Shown one piece after another: positions 8,681 to 17,216 of a stretch of DNA of 64,000 bases (positions are counted from its first letter, which is position 1; every line of letters starts with the position of its first letter). The stretch covers positions 136,144-200,143 of the forward strand of contig CAVWXX010000027.1 of NCBI GenBank assembly GCA_963759155.1, read 5' to 3'. The notes beneath the pieces were generated by a model that saw only the letters and a list, made by a program, of their open reading frames with translations, had not been told where the DNA came from and did no database searches. A program made the translations under genes and the position numbers. Origin of the DNA: an uncultured Gammaproteobacteria bacterium. Lineage in GTDB: Bacteria > Pseudomonadota > Gammaproteobacteria > Xanthomonadales > SZUA-36.

Positions 8681-11413
8681 ATGACTTCTAGTGAAAAACC
8701 ACATAAATATGTCTATGTGTTCGGAGAAATTGATGAGGTGCTGGCCCGCTATGATGGCGACTGGGAAGCGATGCGTGGATTGTTAGGCGGTAAGGGCGTC
8801 AATCTGTTTGATGCCACTAGCCTGGGTATCCCTGTTCCCCCGGGTTTTACCGTGACGACCGAGGGTTGTAATGATTACCTCGCAGCTGATGAGAGTTTTC
8901 CGGAAGGTTTGTGGGACCAGGCACTGGCAGCTACGACTGAGCTGGAGAATTTAACCGGCAAGCGTTTCGGCGACCCGAAAAATCCTTTACTTGTTTCCTG
9001 CCGTTCTGGTGCCAAGTTCTCAATGCCCGGCATGATGGATACCATCCTCAATATTGGCATGAACGACGAAATTGCGGAAAGCATGGCCAAACTGACCAAT
9101 CGTCCGCGTTTTGCCTATGACCTGTATCGCCGACTGGTGCAGATGTTCGGTGGTGTTGTAATGGGTGTTCCGGATGAGGTGTTTGAAGCCGTGATCACGG
9201 CACAACGACGTGAATCAGGAGCTATACAGGATGCAGACCTCGATGCAAATGCATGGAGAGCCGTTACTGCAAGGTTCCGGGAGATCATTCGCAGCTATAC
9301 CGGTCGGGAGTTTCCGACGGACCCCTACGAGCAGTTGAAGCAGGCTACAGAGGCCGTGTTCAAGTCCTGGAACGGCAAGCGTGCATTTGATTACCGCAAT
9401 GCTTCAAATATTGCACATGACCTGGGTACTGCTGTGAATATTCAGACCATGGTTTTCGGTAACCTGGGTGACGATTCGGCCACGGGCGTGTTTATGTCTC
9501 GAAACGCCACCAATGGCGCGCCCTCACTCGAAGGTGATTATCTGATTAATGCGCAGGGTGAGGATGTTGTTGCCGGCACGAGGACAACGTTGCCCATCAG
9601 GCAGTTGTCGAGGGATATGCCAAAGATGTACGAGGAGTTGGAGCAGATTGCCCATCGCCTGGAAAAACATCATCGCAATATGCAGGACATGGAATTTACC
9701 ATTGAGCAGGGCAAGCTCTGGTTACTGCAAACACGTGACGGTAAACGCACAGCCCAGGCGGAAGTACGTATTGCAGTCGACATGGTTGATGAAGGTCTGA
9801 TAACAATTGCCGAAGCCGTTTCACGCGTGAAGACGGATCAGGTTGACTTCTTCCTGCACCCGCAACTGCAAGCAGAGGCGCTTAAGAGTGTTCAGCCAAT
9901 CGCCAAGGGACTAAATGTCTCACCCGGTGCTGCTGTAGGTATCATCGCGTTTGATCCTGGTCTTGCTGAACGTTGGGCCAAAGAGGATGGCAGAAACGTT
10001 ATTCTGGTCAGGCCGGAAACCCGCCCGGATGACGTACATGGCATGCTGGCGGCAAAAGGTGTTGTTACCTGTAAAGGTGGGCGCACCAGTCATGCGGCGC
10101 TGGTTGCACGGCAGTTTGGTAAACCCGCCGTTGTAGGTGTCAGTGACATCGAAATTGACCTCGATAATCACGAGATGCTGGTCGGTGAAGACCTGGTTAT
10201 CAAGGAAGGTGATTACCTTTCAATCGATGGTAATACGGGTTTGATATTCAGCGGCAAGCTACCAACACAGGTGCCGGACTTCAATGATCCCTACCTGATG
10301 AAGATTTTGTCGTGGGCCGATGACATACGCAAAATTGGCGTACGTGCAAACTCAGACTACCCCGAAGATGCACAGCGCGCCCGTCTGTATGGCGCAAAAG
10401 GTATCGGTCTTTGCCGGACAGAGCATATGTTCTTCCAGGAAGATCGCTTACCGATTATGCAAAAAGTGATCGTGGCCAGTACGCTCTCGGAACGTAATGA
10501 AGCCATAAGCCGCTTGTTGCCCATGCAGCGCTCGGATTTTGAAGGTTTGTTCCGTGCCATGGATGGTTACCCCGTGATCATCCGTTTGCTGGATCCGCCA
10601 CTGCACGAGTTTCTGCCTTCAGCAACCGATCTGATGATGGATCTGACCGATCTCAAGCTACGAATGCAGCATTTGTCTAACCTCAAGGATCTTGACCGTA
10701 CCCTGGAAGAGATCGAAGAGAAACGCCTGTTGTTGCAACGTGTAACGGCACTGGAAGAATCCAACCCGATGCTGGGTACCCGTGGTGTGCGCCTGGGTAT
10801 CACTATTCCCGGTCTCTACACGATGCAGGTTCAGGCCATTTTCGAAGCGGCCTGCCGGGTTGCAGCAGATGGTGTTGATGTCCGGCCCGAGGTGATGATA
10901 CCGCTGGTTTCTCATGAAAGTGAGTTCAACCTGATGCGCAAGATGCTGGAAAAGAAGGCCATCTCGGTGATGGAAGAACATGGCGCGAAGATCAAGTACC
11001 TGATTGGTACCATGATCGAGATTCCACGCGCTGCATTGACCGCAGGCAAGATTGCTGAGTCTGCCGAGTTCTTCTCATTCGGCACCAACGATCTGACCCA
11101 GACGACTTACGGCATTTCCCGTGATGATGCCGAGTCGGGCTTCCTCGTTCAGTACCTACAGGATGGCCTGCTCAAGGACAATCCTTTCGCAAGCATTGAT
11201 CCTGAAGGTGTCGGTCGTTTGATGAAAATTGCCACCGAGGAAGGGCGTGCGGTTCGCAAGAATCTGGAGATCGGTGTCTGTGGTGAACATGGCGGTGATC
11301 CGAAGAGTATTCACCTGTGTCATAAACTGGGTGTCGATTACGTCTCCTGCTCACCGTTCCGGGTGCCAATTGCACGACTGGCAGCGGCGCATGCGGCCTT
11401 GGCAGATAAATAG
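8681..11413 (+). CDS. ppdK: pyruvate, phosphate dikinase
   Basis: 910 aa. Phosphohistidine motif GGRTSHAALVARQFGKP and PEP-utilizer motif GIGLCRTEHMFF are present. GGAG Shine-Dalgarno upstream. Confidence 0.95.
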   Translation: MTSSEKPHKYVYVFGEIDEVLARYDGDWEAMRGLLGGKGVNLFDATSLGIPVPPGFTVTTEGCNDYLAADESFPEGLWDQALAATTELENLTGKRFGDPKNPLLVSCRSGAKFSMPGMMDTILNIGMNDEIAESMAKLTNRPRFAYDLYRRLVQMFGGVVMGVPDEVFEAVITAQRRESGAIQDADLDANAWRAVTARFREIIRSYTGREFPTDPYEQLKQATEAVFKSWNGKRAFDYRNASNIAHDLGTAVNIQTMVFGNLGDDSATGVFMSRNATNGAPSLEGDYLINAQGEDVVAGTRTTLPIRQLSRDMPKMYEELEQIAHRLEKHHRNMQDMEFTIEQGKLWLLQTRDGKRTAQAEVRIAVDMVDEGLITIAEAVSRVKTDQVDFFLHPQLQAEALKSVQPIAKGLNVSPGAAVGIIAFDPGLAERWAKEDGRNVILVRPETRPDDVHGMLAAKGVVTCKGGRTSHAALVARQFGKPAVVGVSDIEIDLDNHEMLVGEDLVIKEGDYLSIDGNTGLIFSGKLPTQVPDFNDPYLMKILSWADDIRKIGVRANSDYPEDAQRARLYGAKGIGLCRTEHMFFQEDRLPIMQKVIVASTLSERNEAISRLLPMQRSDFEGLFRAMDGYPVIIRLLDPPLHEFLPSATDLMMDLTDLKLRMQHLSNLKDLDRTLEEIEEKRLLLQRVTALEESNPMLGTRGVRLGITIPGLYTMQVQAIFEAACRVAADGVDVRPEVMIPLVSHESEFNLMRKMLEKKAISVMEEHGAKIKYLIGTMIEIPRAALTAGKIAESAEFFSFGTNDLTQTTYGISRDDAESGFLVQYLQDGLLKDNPFASIDPEGVGRLMKIATEEGRAVRKNLEIGVCGEHGGDPKSIHLCHKLGVDYVSCSPFRVPIARLAAAHAALADK

Positions 11414-11447
11414 AATATAGTTTATAAATATATTTTAATTATCTGAT

Positions 11448-12293
11448 TTAATTATAAATAATTTCAAGTGAATCACCCACGGCAATGATTTCATCATTGC
11501 CGTGGGTCAGAATGGCATTCTCCCCAAACGCGGGGGCTTTACTATCGCCGGGCATTGGGTTGATAAGCTGAAGCGTCTTGAATGGTTGACCCCGTGAGTC
11601 TTTTTCTGCGCTGTCCTGATCGATGGTTGTTACGACACAACGTTGACAGGGGAAGCAGAGTTTAAGCTGATAAGTTTCCGCGGTAAGCGTAGCCTGGCGG
11701 TGTTCCGCAAAAGGCTCCAAACCCCTGACGATGATATTCGGTCGAAAGCGGTTCATTGGCACCGTTTGCAGTGCCTTGGACTCAAGAACTGAATTCAGCC
11801 TGTCCAATGATGCTTCATTGGCAAGCAACAGGGGGGCGCCATCTGCAAAAATGGTACTTGTTTCCCCACTCATCAAAGCCTTTTTGCTCAGTGAGCGATT
11901 GAAACCGGGACGCATCCTGACCAGGTGCAGTGGCTCATTGCTTTGAAGTGCCTGTGTCAGCCAGTTTGAAATTTCTGTTCCCTGGTCGAGCGTTTCACAG
12001 ACATCCTTCCACACCATGGTTTCAAGCGGTTGGCCATGGTGAAGGTCATAGGGAATTGAAATGGAACCACAAGCTGGCTTGGAAAGCACAAGCCCATTTT
12101 CATCCAGGCGGGTATGAATTAATGCCATCTCCCCCAGGTCGCGTTGTGTAACAAACCGGCCATTTGACCTGACGACCATCCATTGCCGGTCGTATGCGAG
12201 TCCCTTGTTGGTTATCCGGGTGCTTTCAATGGCAACCCCTTTCATGGATTTAACAGGGTAGGTGATAAGACCTGTGATGCTGATAGTGTTCAT
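11448..12293 (-). CDS. MOSC domain-containing protein (YcbX-like)
   Basis: 281 aa with an N-terminal beta-barrel plus a MOSC domain carrying the conserved Cys in CQRCVVTTIDQD. Confidence 0.8.
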   Translation of the reverse strand: MNTISITGLITYPVKSMKGVAIESTRITNKGLAYDRQWMVVRSNGRFVTQRDLGEMALIHTRLDENGLVLSKPACGSISIPYDLHHGQPLETMVWKDVCETLDQGTEISNWLTQALQSNEPLHLVRMRPGFNRSLSKKALMSGETSTIFADGAPLLLANEASLDRLNSVLESKALQTVPMNRFRPNIIVRGLEPFAEHRQATLTAETYQLKLCFPCQRCVVTTIDQDSAEKDSRGQPFKTLQLINPMPGDSKAPAFGENAILTHGNDEIIAVGDSLEIIYN

Positions 12294-12300
12294 GATGTGA

Positions 12301-13602
12301 TCATTTTCCCGTCTCGTTTTGCGGACCAGCGTGCTGTTTGAGATGTGCCTTTACGTCAAAAAATATTTTCAGAGCGATAGCGATCACCAGCACCGGGACC
12401 GGGCTACCGAGCGCCATGGTCAGGCCACCACCAAAGATTAATATCATCTGCATGAAGATGATACGGCTATAGGGTTCAGACATCTGATCTTTAACAGTTT
12501 TACCCCGGTAGGCCTTGCGTCCGAGAAAGTTAGCGTAAAAAGAGAAGGCGTGACTGATAAACAGGGCAACCAGGGCAGGCCATAGATGATTTAAGAGTGA
12601 TGCAACTTCTGCCAATTGACCGTCGGTGGCTACACCGGGCTGCGCACCCTCGATAAATATCGTGTAAATAAACAGGAAGTGGACTGCCATAAAACCACCG
12701 AAATGGCCGGCAAAAAACGGCGCGGCGAAAAGTGCGGCCCATCGACCTATCACAATGATTTTACAGATATTAAAAAAGCCGATCACTGCGCTTTCCGCCC
12801 AGTAAAGCACCATGACATCAGCCAGGTTCCAAGCCAGGAAGACGCTGCCGGCAACCGGGATCAGGTTGGCGATAATCAGCATCAGCGTGCTGGCGGATGT
12901 CAGTGTGAGTTGCGCGCTATCGATCGGTGAAACGGTGGCTGCAAAGTGAGGTGACTCGTTTGCGTCAGCCACCCGCTTTGCCTCGATCTTGTCAGTTTCC
13001 CACTGTGCCCCGGTTTCCCCGGGCTTTGCGTCACCGTCACGAATCTTTACGCCGGTGGCGATTTCAAGTTGATGTTTCAGTTCCGCCAGTTCCCAGGCCT
13101 CAATATTGGAGCCGAATGCGATTGTATTGGCACCGTAATCAAATACCAGGTGACTACCCCGCCATGATCGCCCTGATTTTTTGGGCGGCTGTTCAAATCG
13201 CAGATTTCGCATTTTCGCAATATCGTATTGAGCAGAAATACCCAGGAAGGGGACCCCCAAAAAGAGTTCGAGCTTGCCTGGACCGGCTTTAAGGACCTCC
13301 CTGCCAAAAAGCAACAGTATCAGGATAGTGGTCATGATCAGTGGTGCGATGACCCAGCCTAGCAGCCAGGCACTGAGGAAGGCGGCTGCCACCAGGTTGA
13401 ACAGGGAGTCAAGGTTTCCCCATTCGCCCATTGCCTGTTTAAACGTCAAGACAGTGGGGACCAAAAATGCAGCATCCATGACGGCGAGTATCACAATGGC
13501 AACCCAGGATCGTTTGAACGGCAAAACCCGCCGGAATTCACCTTTTTGACCAGGTGAATCAATACTGATTCTTAATCCGGGCCTGAGTCCTTTTCTGATC
13601 AT
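12301..13602 (-). CDS. hypothetical polytopic membrane protein (C-terminal half resembles DUF6498-type proteins)
   Basis: 433 aa. N-terminal TM pair, a soluble middle segment, then a C-terminal multi-TM block (LIIANLIPVAGSVFLAWNLADVMVLYWAESAVIGFFN). Only 7 nt upstream of the MOSC gene. Confidence 0.55.
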   Translation of the reverse strand: MIRKGLRPGLRISIDSPGQKGEFRRVLPFKRSWVAIVILAVMDAAFLVPTVLTFKQAMGEWGNLDSLFNLVAAAFLSAWLLGWVIAPLIMTTILILLLFGREVLKAGPGKLELFLGVPFLGISAQYDIAKMRNLRFEQPPKKSGRSWRGSHLVFDYGANTIAFGSNIEAWELAELKHQLEIATGVKIRDGDAKPGETGAQWETDKIEAKRVADANESPHFAATVSPIDSAQLTLTSASTLMLIIANLIPVAGSVFLAWNLADVMVLYWAESAVIGFFNICKIIVIGRWAALFAAPFFAGHFGGFMAVHFLFIYTIFIEGAQPGVATDGQLAEVASLLNHLWPALVALFISHAFSFYANFLGRKAYRGKTVKDQMSEPYSRIIFMQMILIFGGGLTMALGSPVPVLVIAIALKIFFDVKAHLKQHAGPQNETGK

Positions 13603-13617
13603 CTGCCTGCTAACCTG

Positions 13618-14397
13618 TCAGAAAGTGCCCGGGTATAGCCCTCCATCCATGAGCACGTTCTGCGCCGTGATATAGGCGGCCTGCTGACTGCAAAGAAACG
13701 CGCAGGTGGCGCCGAATTCATCGGGTTCACCGGGCCGTTTTGCACCGATTTTACTGAACAGGGCCTGTTGGAAAGCTTCCGGGTCGGAAGCACTCTGCCT
13801 GGCGCCGGCCTCCAGTACTGACCACATCCGGTCGGTCGCGATATAGCCGGGCAGCAGGTTGTTGATGGTGACATTGTATTGTGCCGGGTCGCGTGCGATA
13901 CCGGATATAAAACCGGTCAGGCCCGAGCGTGCGCCATTGGAGAGACCCAGTACCGTCACAGGCGCCTTGACCGCGACGCTGGTGATGTTGACGATGCGGC
14001 CAAAACGGCGCTCGATCATGCCATCGAGACATCGTTTAATCATGTCGATGGCGCTGTACATATTGTTATTGATTGCTTCAAACCAGTCCTTCTGGTCCCA
14101 GTCGCGAAAATCCCCGGGAGCGGGGCCACCGGCGTTATTGACCAGAATATCAGGAGCAGGGCAGGCTTCGAGGAGCGCCGTGCGTCCTTCGTCGGTAGTG
14201 ACATCGGCGATGACCGCCGTGGCTTTACCGCCAGACATGGCATTGATTTCGTCGCATGCCGCAGCCAGGGTGACAGCCGTGCGTGCACTGATCCAGACGT
14301 CGACTCCTTCCATGGCCAATGCCATCGCACAGGCTTTTCCCAATCCCTTGCTTGAGGCGCAGATGATGGCCTTGCGGCCGGCAATTTTCAGATCCAT
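13618..14397 (-). CDS. SDR family oxidoreductase
   Basis: 259 aa. Gly-rich dinucleotide motif (CASSKGLGKA), NNAG, and SDR-like length. Confidence 0.85.
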   Translation of the reverse strand: MDLKIAGRKAIICASSKGLGKACAMALAMEGVDVWISARTAVTLAAACDEINAMSGGKATAVIADVTTDEGRTALLEACPAPDILVNNAGGPAPGDFRDWDQKDWFEAINNNMYSAIDMIKRCLDGMIERRFGRIVNITSVAVKAPVTVLGLSNGARSGLTGFISGIARDPAQYNVTINNLLPGYIATDRMWSVLEAGARQSASDPEAFQQALFSKIGAKRPGEPDEFGATCAFLCSQQAAYITAQNVLMDGGLYPGTF

Positions 14398-14617
14398 ATG
14401 AATTTATCCTTCTTCTGCTGGCACCCGGGTTCTTCCGATCGGTGCAATGTGTTCGCTTCGGATTATAGCCAGAAACAGCGGGCAGGCGTCTAAATTTGAA
14501 AAATGTCGATCCCGGCAAAGCAATGTGGCGCCATTGACAGGACCGTTAGGTAATAAACCTGTCAATCCGGTGTCGATAAACATTCCACCGCTACTGGCAG
14601 TGCGAGATAATAGATCA

Positions 14618-15658
14618 ATGAATTCCCCTCTTGACCCAATCTGCTATGAATATGACTTCCAACCCGATATCGGCGAGGCCTTTGATATTCTTCCTGGCCT
14701 GAAATGGCTGCGTTTGCCATTGCCATTCATGTTGGGCCATATCAATGTCTGGTTGCTCGAGGACACTGAAGGCTGGGCAATTGTAGATACCGGTATTTAT
14801 TCTGGTACCACCCGCAAAACCTGGGAAAGTGTCTTTAGTGGAGTGCTGAATAATGCACCGGTTTCGAGGGTGTTGGTTACCCACTTGCACCCGGATCATG
14901 CGGGCTGCGCAGGCTGGTTGTGTGAGACACATGATGTTGAACTCTATATGCCCCGGGACGAATACCTCTTATGCCGTATCCTTGTATCAGACACCGGTTT
15001 ACCGGCACCCAGGGAAGGCCGGCGTTTTTATCGTGCGGCCGGTTTCGAAGAACAGCATATGTCGCGTTATATCGAGATGTTTGGCGGTTTCGGCAAGATC
15101 GTTGCACAACTACCCCAGGCTTATCACCGTCTTCACGAAGATGAAACGGTTCACATCGGTCAACATGAGTGGCAGGTCATAACCGGTCATGGTCACTCGC
15201 CGGAGCATGCCTGTCTCTACAACGCCGGGCAAAATGTATTGATTTCGGGTGACCAGATACTGCCGACCATTTCGCCCAATGTCAGTGTTTACCCTACAGA
15301 GCCTGCCGCTAACCCTCTGAAGGGCTGGTTTGAGTCCTTGCATCGTATGAAGACCCTTCTGCCGGATGATGTGCTGGTGCTACCCTCACATGGCAAACCA
15401 TTTCGTGGTGTAAAACATCGTCTGGATGCCTTGATTGAAGAACACGAGGTGGGGCTGGAAAAGCTCAGGCAGCTGTGCCGCAAACCGCAACGGGCGGTGG
15501 ACGTGTTTCCTGCACTGTTCAAGAGTGAAATTACCGATAGCAACCTGATGATGGCAACCGGCGAGGCTATCGCCCACTTGAATTATCTTTTATATGAAGG
15601 TGAGCTTGGTATCAATACCGATGAGGCCGGTGTTCGTTGGTATCAAACGCGGGATTGA
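14618..15658 (+). CDS. MBL-fold metallo-hydrolase
   Basis: THLHPDHAGC matches the HxHxDH motif. ATG at 14618; the track start at 14447 is an upstream extension. Confidence 0.8.
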   Translation: MNSPLDPICYEYDFQPDIGEAFDILPGLKWLRLPLPFMLGHINVWLLEDTEGWAIVDTGIYSGTTRKTWESVFSGVLNNAPVSRVLVTHLHPDHAGCAGWLCETHDVELYMPRDEYLLCRILVSDTGLPAPREGRRFYRAAGFEEQHMSRYIEMFGGFGKIVAQLPQAYHRLHEDETVHIGQHEWQVITGHGHSPEHACLYNAGQNVLISGDQILPTISPNVSVYPTEPAANPLKGWFESLHRMKTLLPDDVLVLPSHGKPFRGVKHRLDALIEEHEVGLEKLRQLCRKPQRAVDVFPALFKSEITDSNLMMATGEAIAHLNYLLYEGELGINTDEAGVRWYQTRD

Positions 15659-15660
15659 AT

Positions 15661-16938
15661 TTACCCGCTTCGCAGGACATGAATCAACATGCTCGCCATG
15701 CTGATGGCGGTCGCGATCAGTAACAGGCCGGTTAACTGAGCCAGAGAACCAAGCTGGGTAATAATGGCTAAAACGCCAAGCAGCACGGAAGCCATATGCA
15801 AATAAAACCCTGTCTTGATCCGTTTTTGCGGCAACAGGCTGCGCATCGAGGGCACGATTTCAAGGCCAACCCGTGCCGAGTAGCGATGAAACCAGACCAG
15901 GAAAGGCACGATTCGACTGAGCATGCCATGCATGATGGTAGCCGCCCAACCCCAAACTGAAAGCCAGCCGAACAGCACCTGCCAGCGTGGATCGGGAAGC
16001 AGCACGGCAGCAGTGGCAAGCGGGATCAATAGCAGCCCGATACCAAGTCCGGCCTGCCAGAAAAGCAATGAGGCATCACTGCGTTTACGTTTTCGCTGTG
16101 AAATCCTGTTCAAAATCATGACAGGGTGTAGCAACCAAATCGCCAGGGCCGCTGGCAATGCAGCCAGGGCAGCCAGCCTTTTTGCCGACAACAAGCCATC
16201 GAAGCCGACACCGGAGAAAACCATCAGCAGTGGCAGAACCAGGCCGGTTACCAACAGCACTAATAGCATGCGTTTGACGGCCTTACTGACGGTTTCAGCC
16301 AGGTAAAACATCGGTATGACCTGCCAGGACACGGCTACAATCAGCCCGCCGACCCAACCACATAGCGCCAGGGTTAAATGGATCTGCATCCATATCATGC
16401 GGTTCTCTGAGAAACCCCCACCGGCAAAGCCTGTCGCCATGAACAGGCCGATCAGTGTGATCACCAGCAGGCTTGCCACCGCCACCCGCATGCCCTGGAC
16501 CGTTGCGTCTCTGGTTGGTGCACGTAGCAGGGCCCAGCCCAAGGGCAGGAGAAACAGGGGCATGGCTATGCTGAAACAATAAATGGCGGCTTTCATCGCC
16601 ATCGTCGGGCCACCCAGCAGACGCCAGATAAACAGGAGCAAACCCGCAAACAGCAAGACATGAACAATATGTGCAAGCCGTGTAAACGGTACTGGAGCGC
16701 CTGCCACCACCGGAATCATCTGGTATAGCGCACCAAGCATACCCATAGCCAGCACCCCCAGCGTACCTGCATGTGTGAGCGCCGTGGCATGCGGCATCCA
16801 CGGGCTGACCAGCGCCGCTGAGCCCGTTCCGATCAGGATGAGACCGGCCAGCAGGACACCCAAGGGTATGGTCAGGAAGAAGCTGGCCGGAATGGATAGC
16901 TGTGGAGCCTGGTCGAGGCTCAAACCAACGGTTTTCAA
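15661..16938 (-). CDS. hypothetical polytopic membrane protein
   Basis: 425 aa, at least 10 hydrophobic helices. Overlaps the stop of the upstream DUF2249 gene by 4 nt. Confidence 0.6.
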   Translation of the reverse strand: MKTVGLSLDQAPQLSIPASFFLTIPLGVLLAGLILIGTGSAALVSPWMPHATALTHAGTLGVLAMGMLGALYQMIPVVAGAPVPFTRLAHIVHVLLFAGLLLFIWRLLGGPTMAMKAAIYCFSIAMPLFLLPLGWALLRAPTRDATVQGMRVAVASLLVITLIGLFMATGFAGGGFSENRMIWMQIHLTLALCGWVGGLIVAVSWQVIPMFYLAETVSKAVKRMLLVLLVTGLVLPLLMVFSGVGFDGLLSAKRLAALAALPAALAIWLLHPVMILNRISQRKRKRSDASLLFWQAGLGIGLLLIPLATAAVLLPDPRWQVLFGWLSVWGWAATIMHGMLSRIVPFLVWFHRYSARVGLEIVPSMRSLLPQKRIKTGFYLHMASVLLGVLAIITQLGSLAQLTGLLLIATAISMASMLIHVLRSG

Positions 16939-17216
16939 GTGTGCTTCCTGATCAAAATCAACACGCTACCTTCTTCTTCCTCGTGTAGTTCCCAATTGAG
17001 GCCGCGTGCTTTGAGGTGTGGAAAGAGCGGGTAGGGTACATGTGGAAGACGTACCAGGAAGGCATCATCCGGCGCCAGTTGAGCGCCGGCCGACAAAATT
17101 ATTTCCATCGGTTCCGGTGCCTCGAGGTCGCGCAAATCCTGGATGCCAGGGAGTTTGTCGGGCGCGAGTGAGAACACTTCTGACAGGGACTTATCCATTT
17201 GACCGGAAGGCTTCAA
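16935..17216 (-). CDS. DUF2249 domain-containing protein
   Basis: About 90 aa. DLRDLEAPEPMEIIL...LPHVPYPLFPHLKARG is typical of DUF2249. The start is either TTG 17216 or ATG 17198. Confidence 0.6.
   Translation of the reverse strand: MKPSGQMDKSLSEVFSLAPDKLPGIQDLRDLEAPEPMEIILSAGAQLAPDDAFLVRLPHVPYPLFPHLKARGLNWELHEEEEGSVLILIRKHT

Noticed and set aside
13859-14401. 180-aa and 158-aa plus-strand ORFs, plus several minus-strand alternative frames
   Set aside because: All of them overlap the SDR gene at 13618-14397, whose translation carries the SDR motifs. The alternatives are Arg/Pro/Ser-rich frame artefacts.
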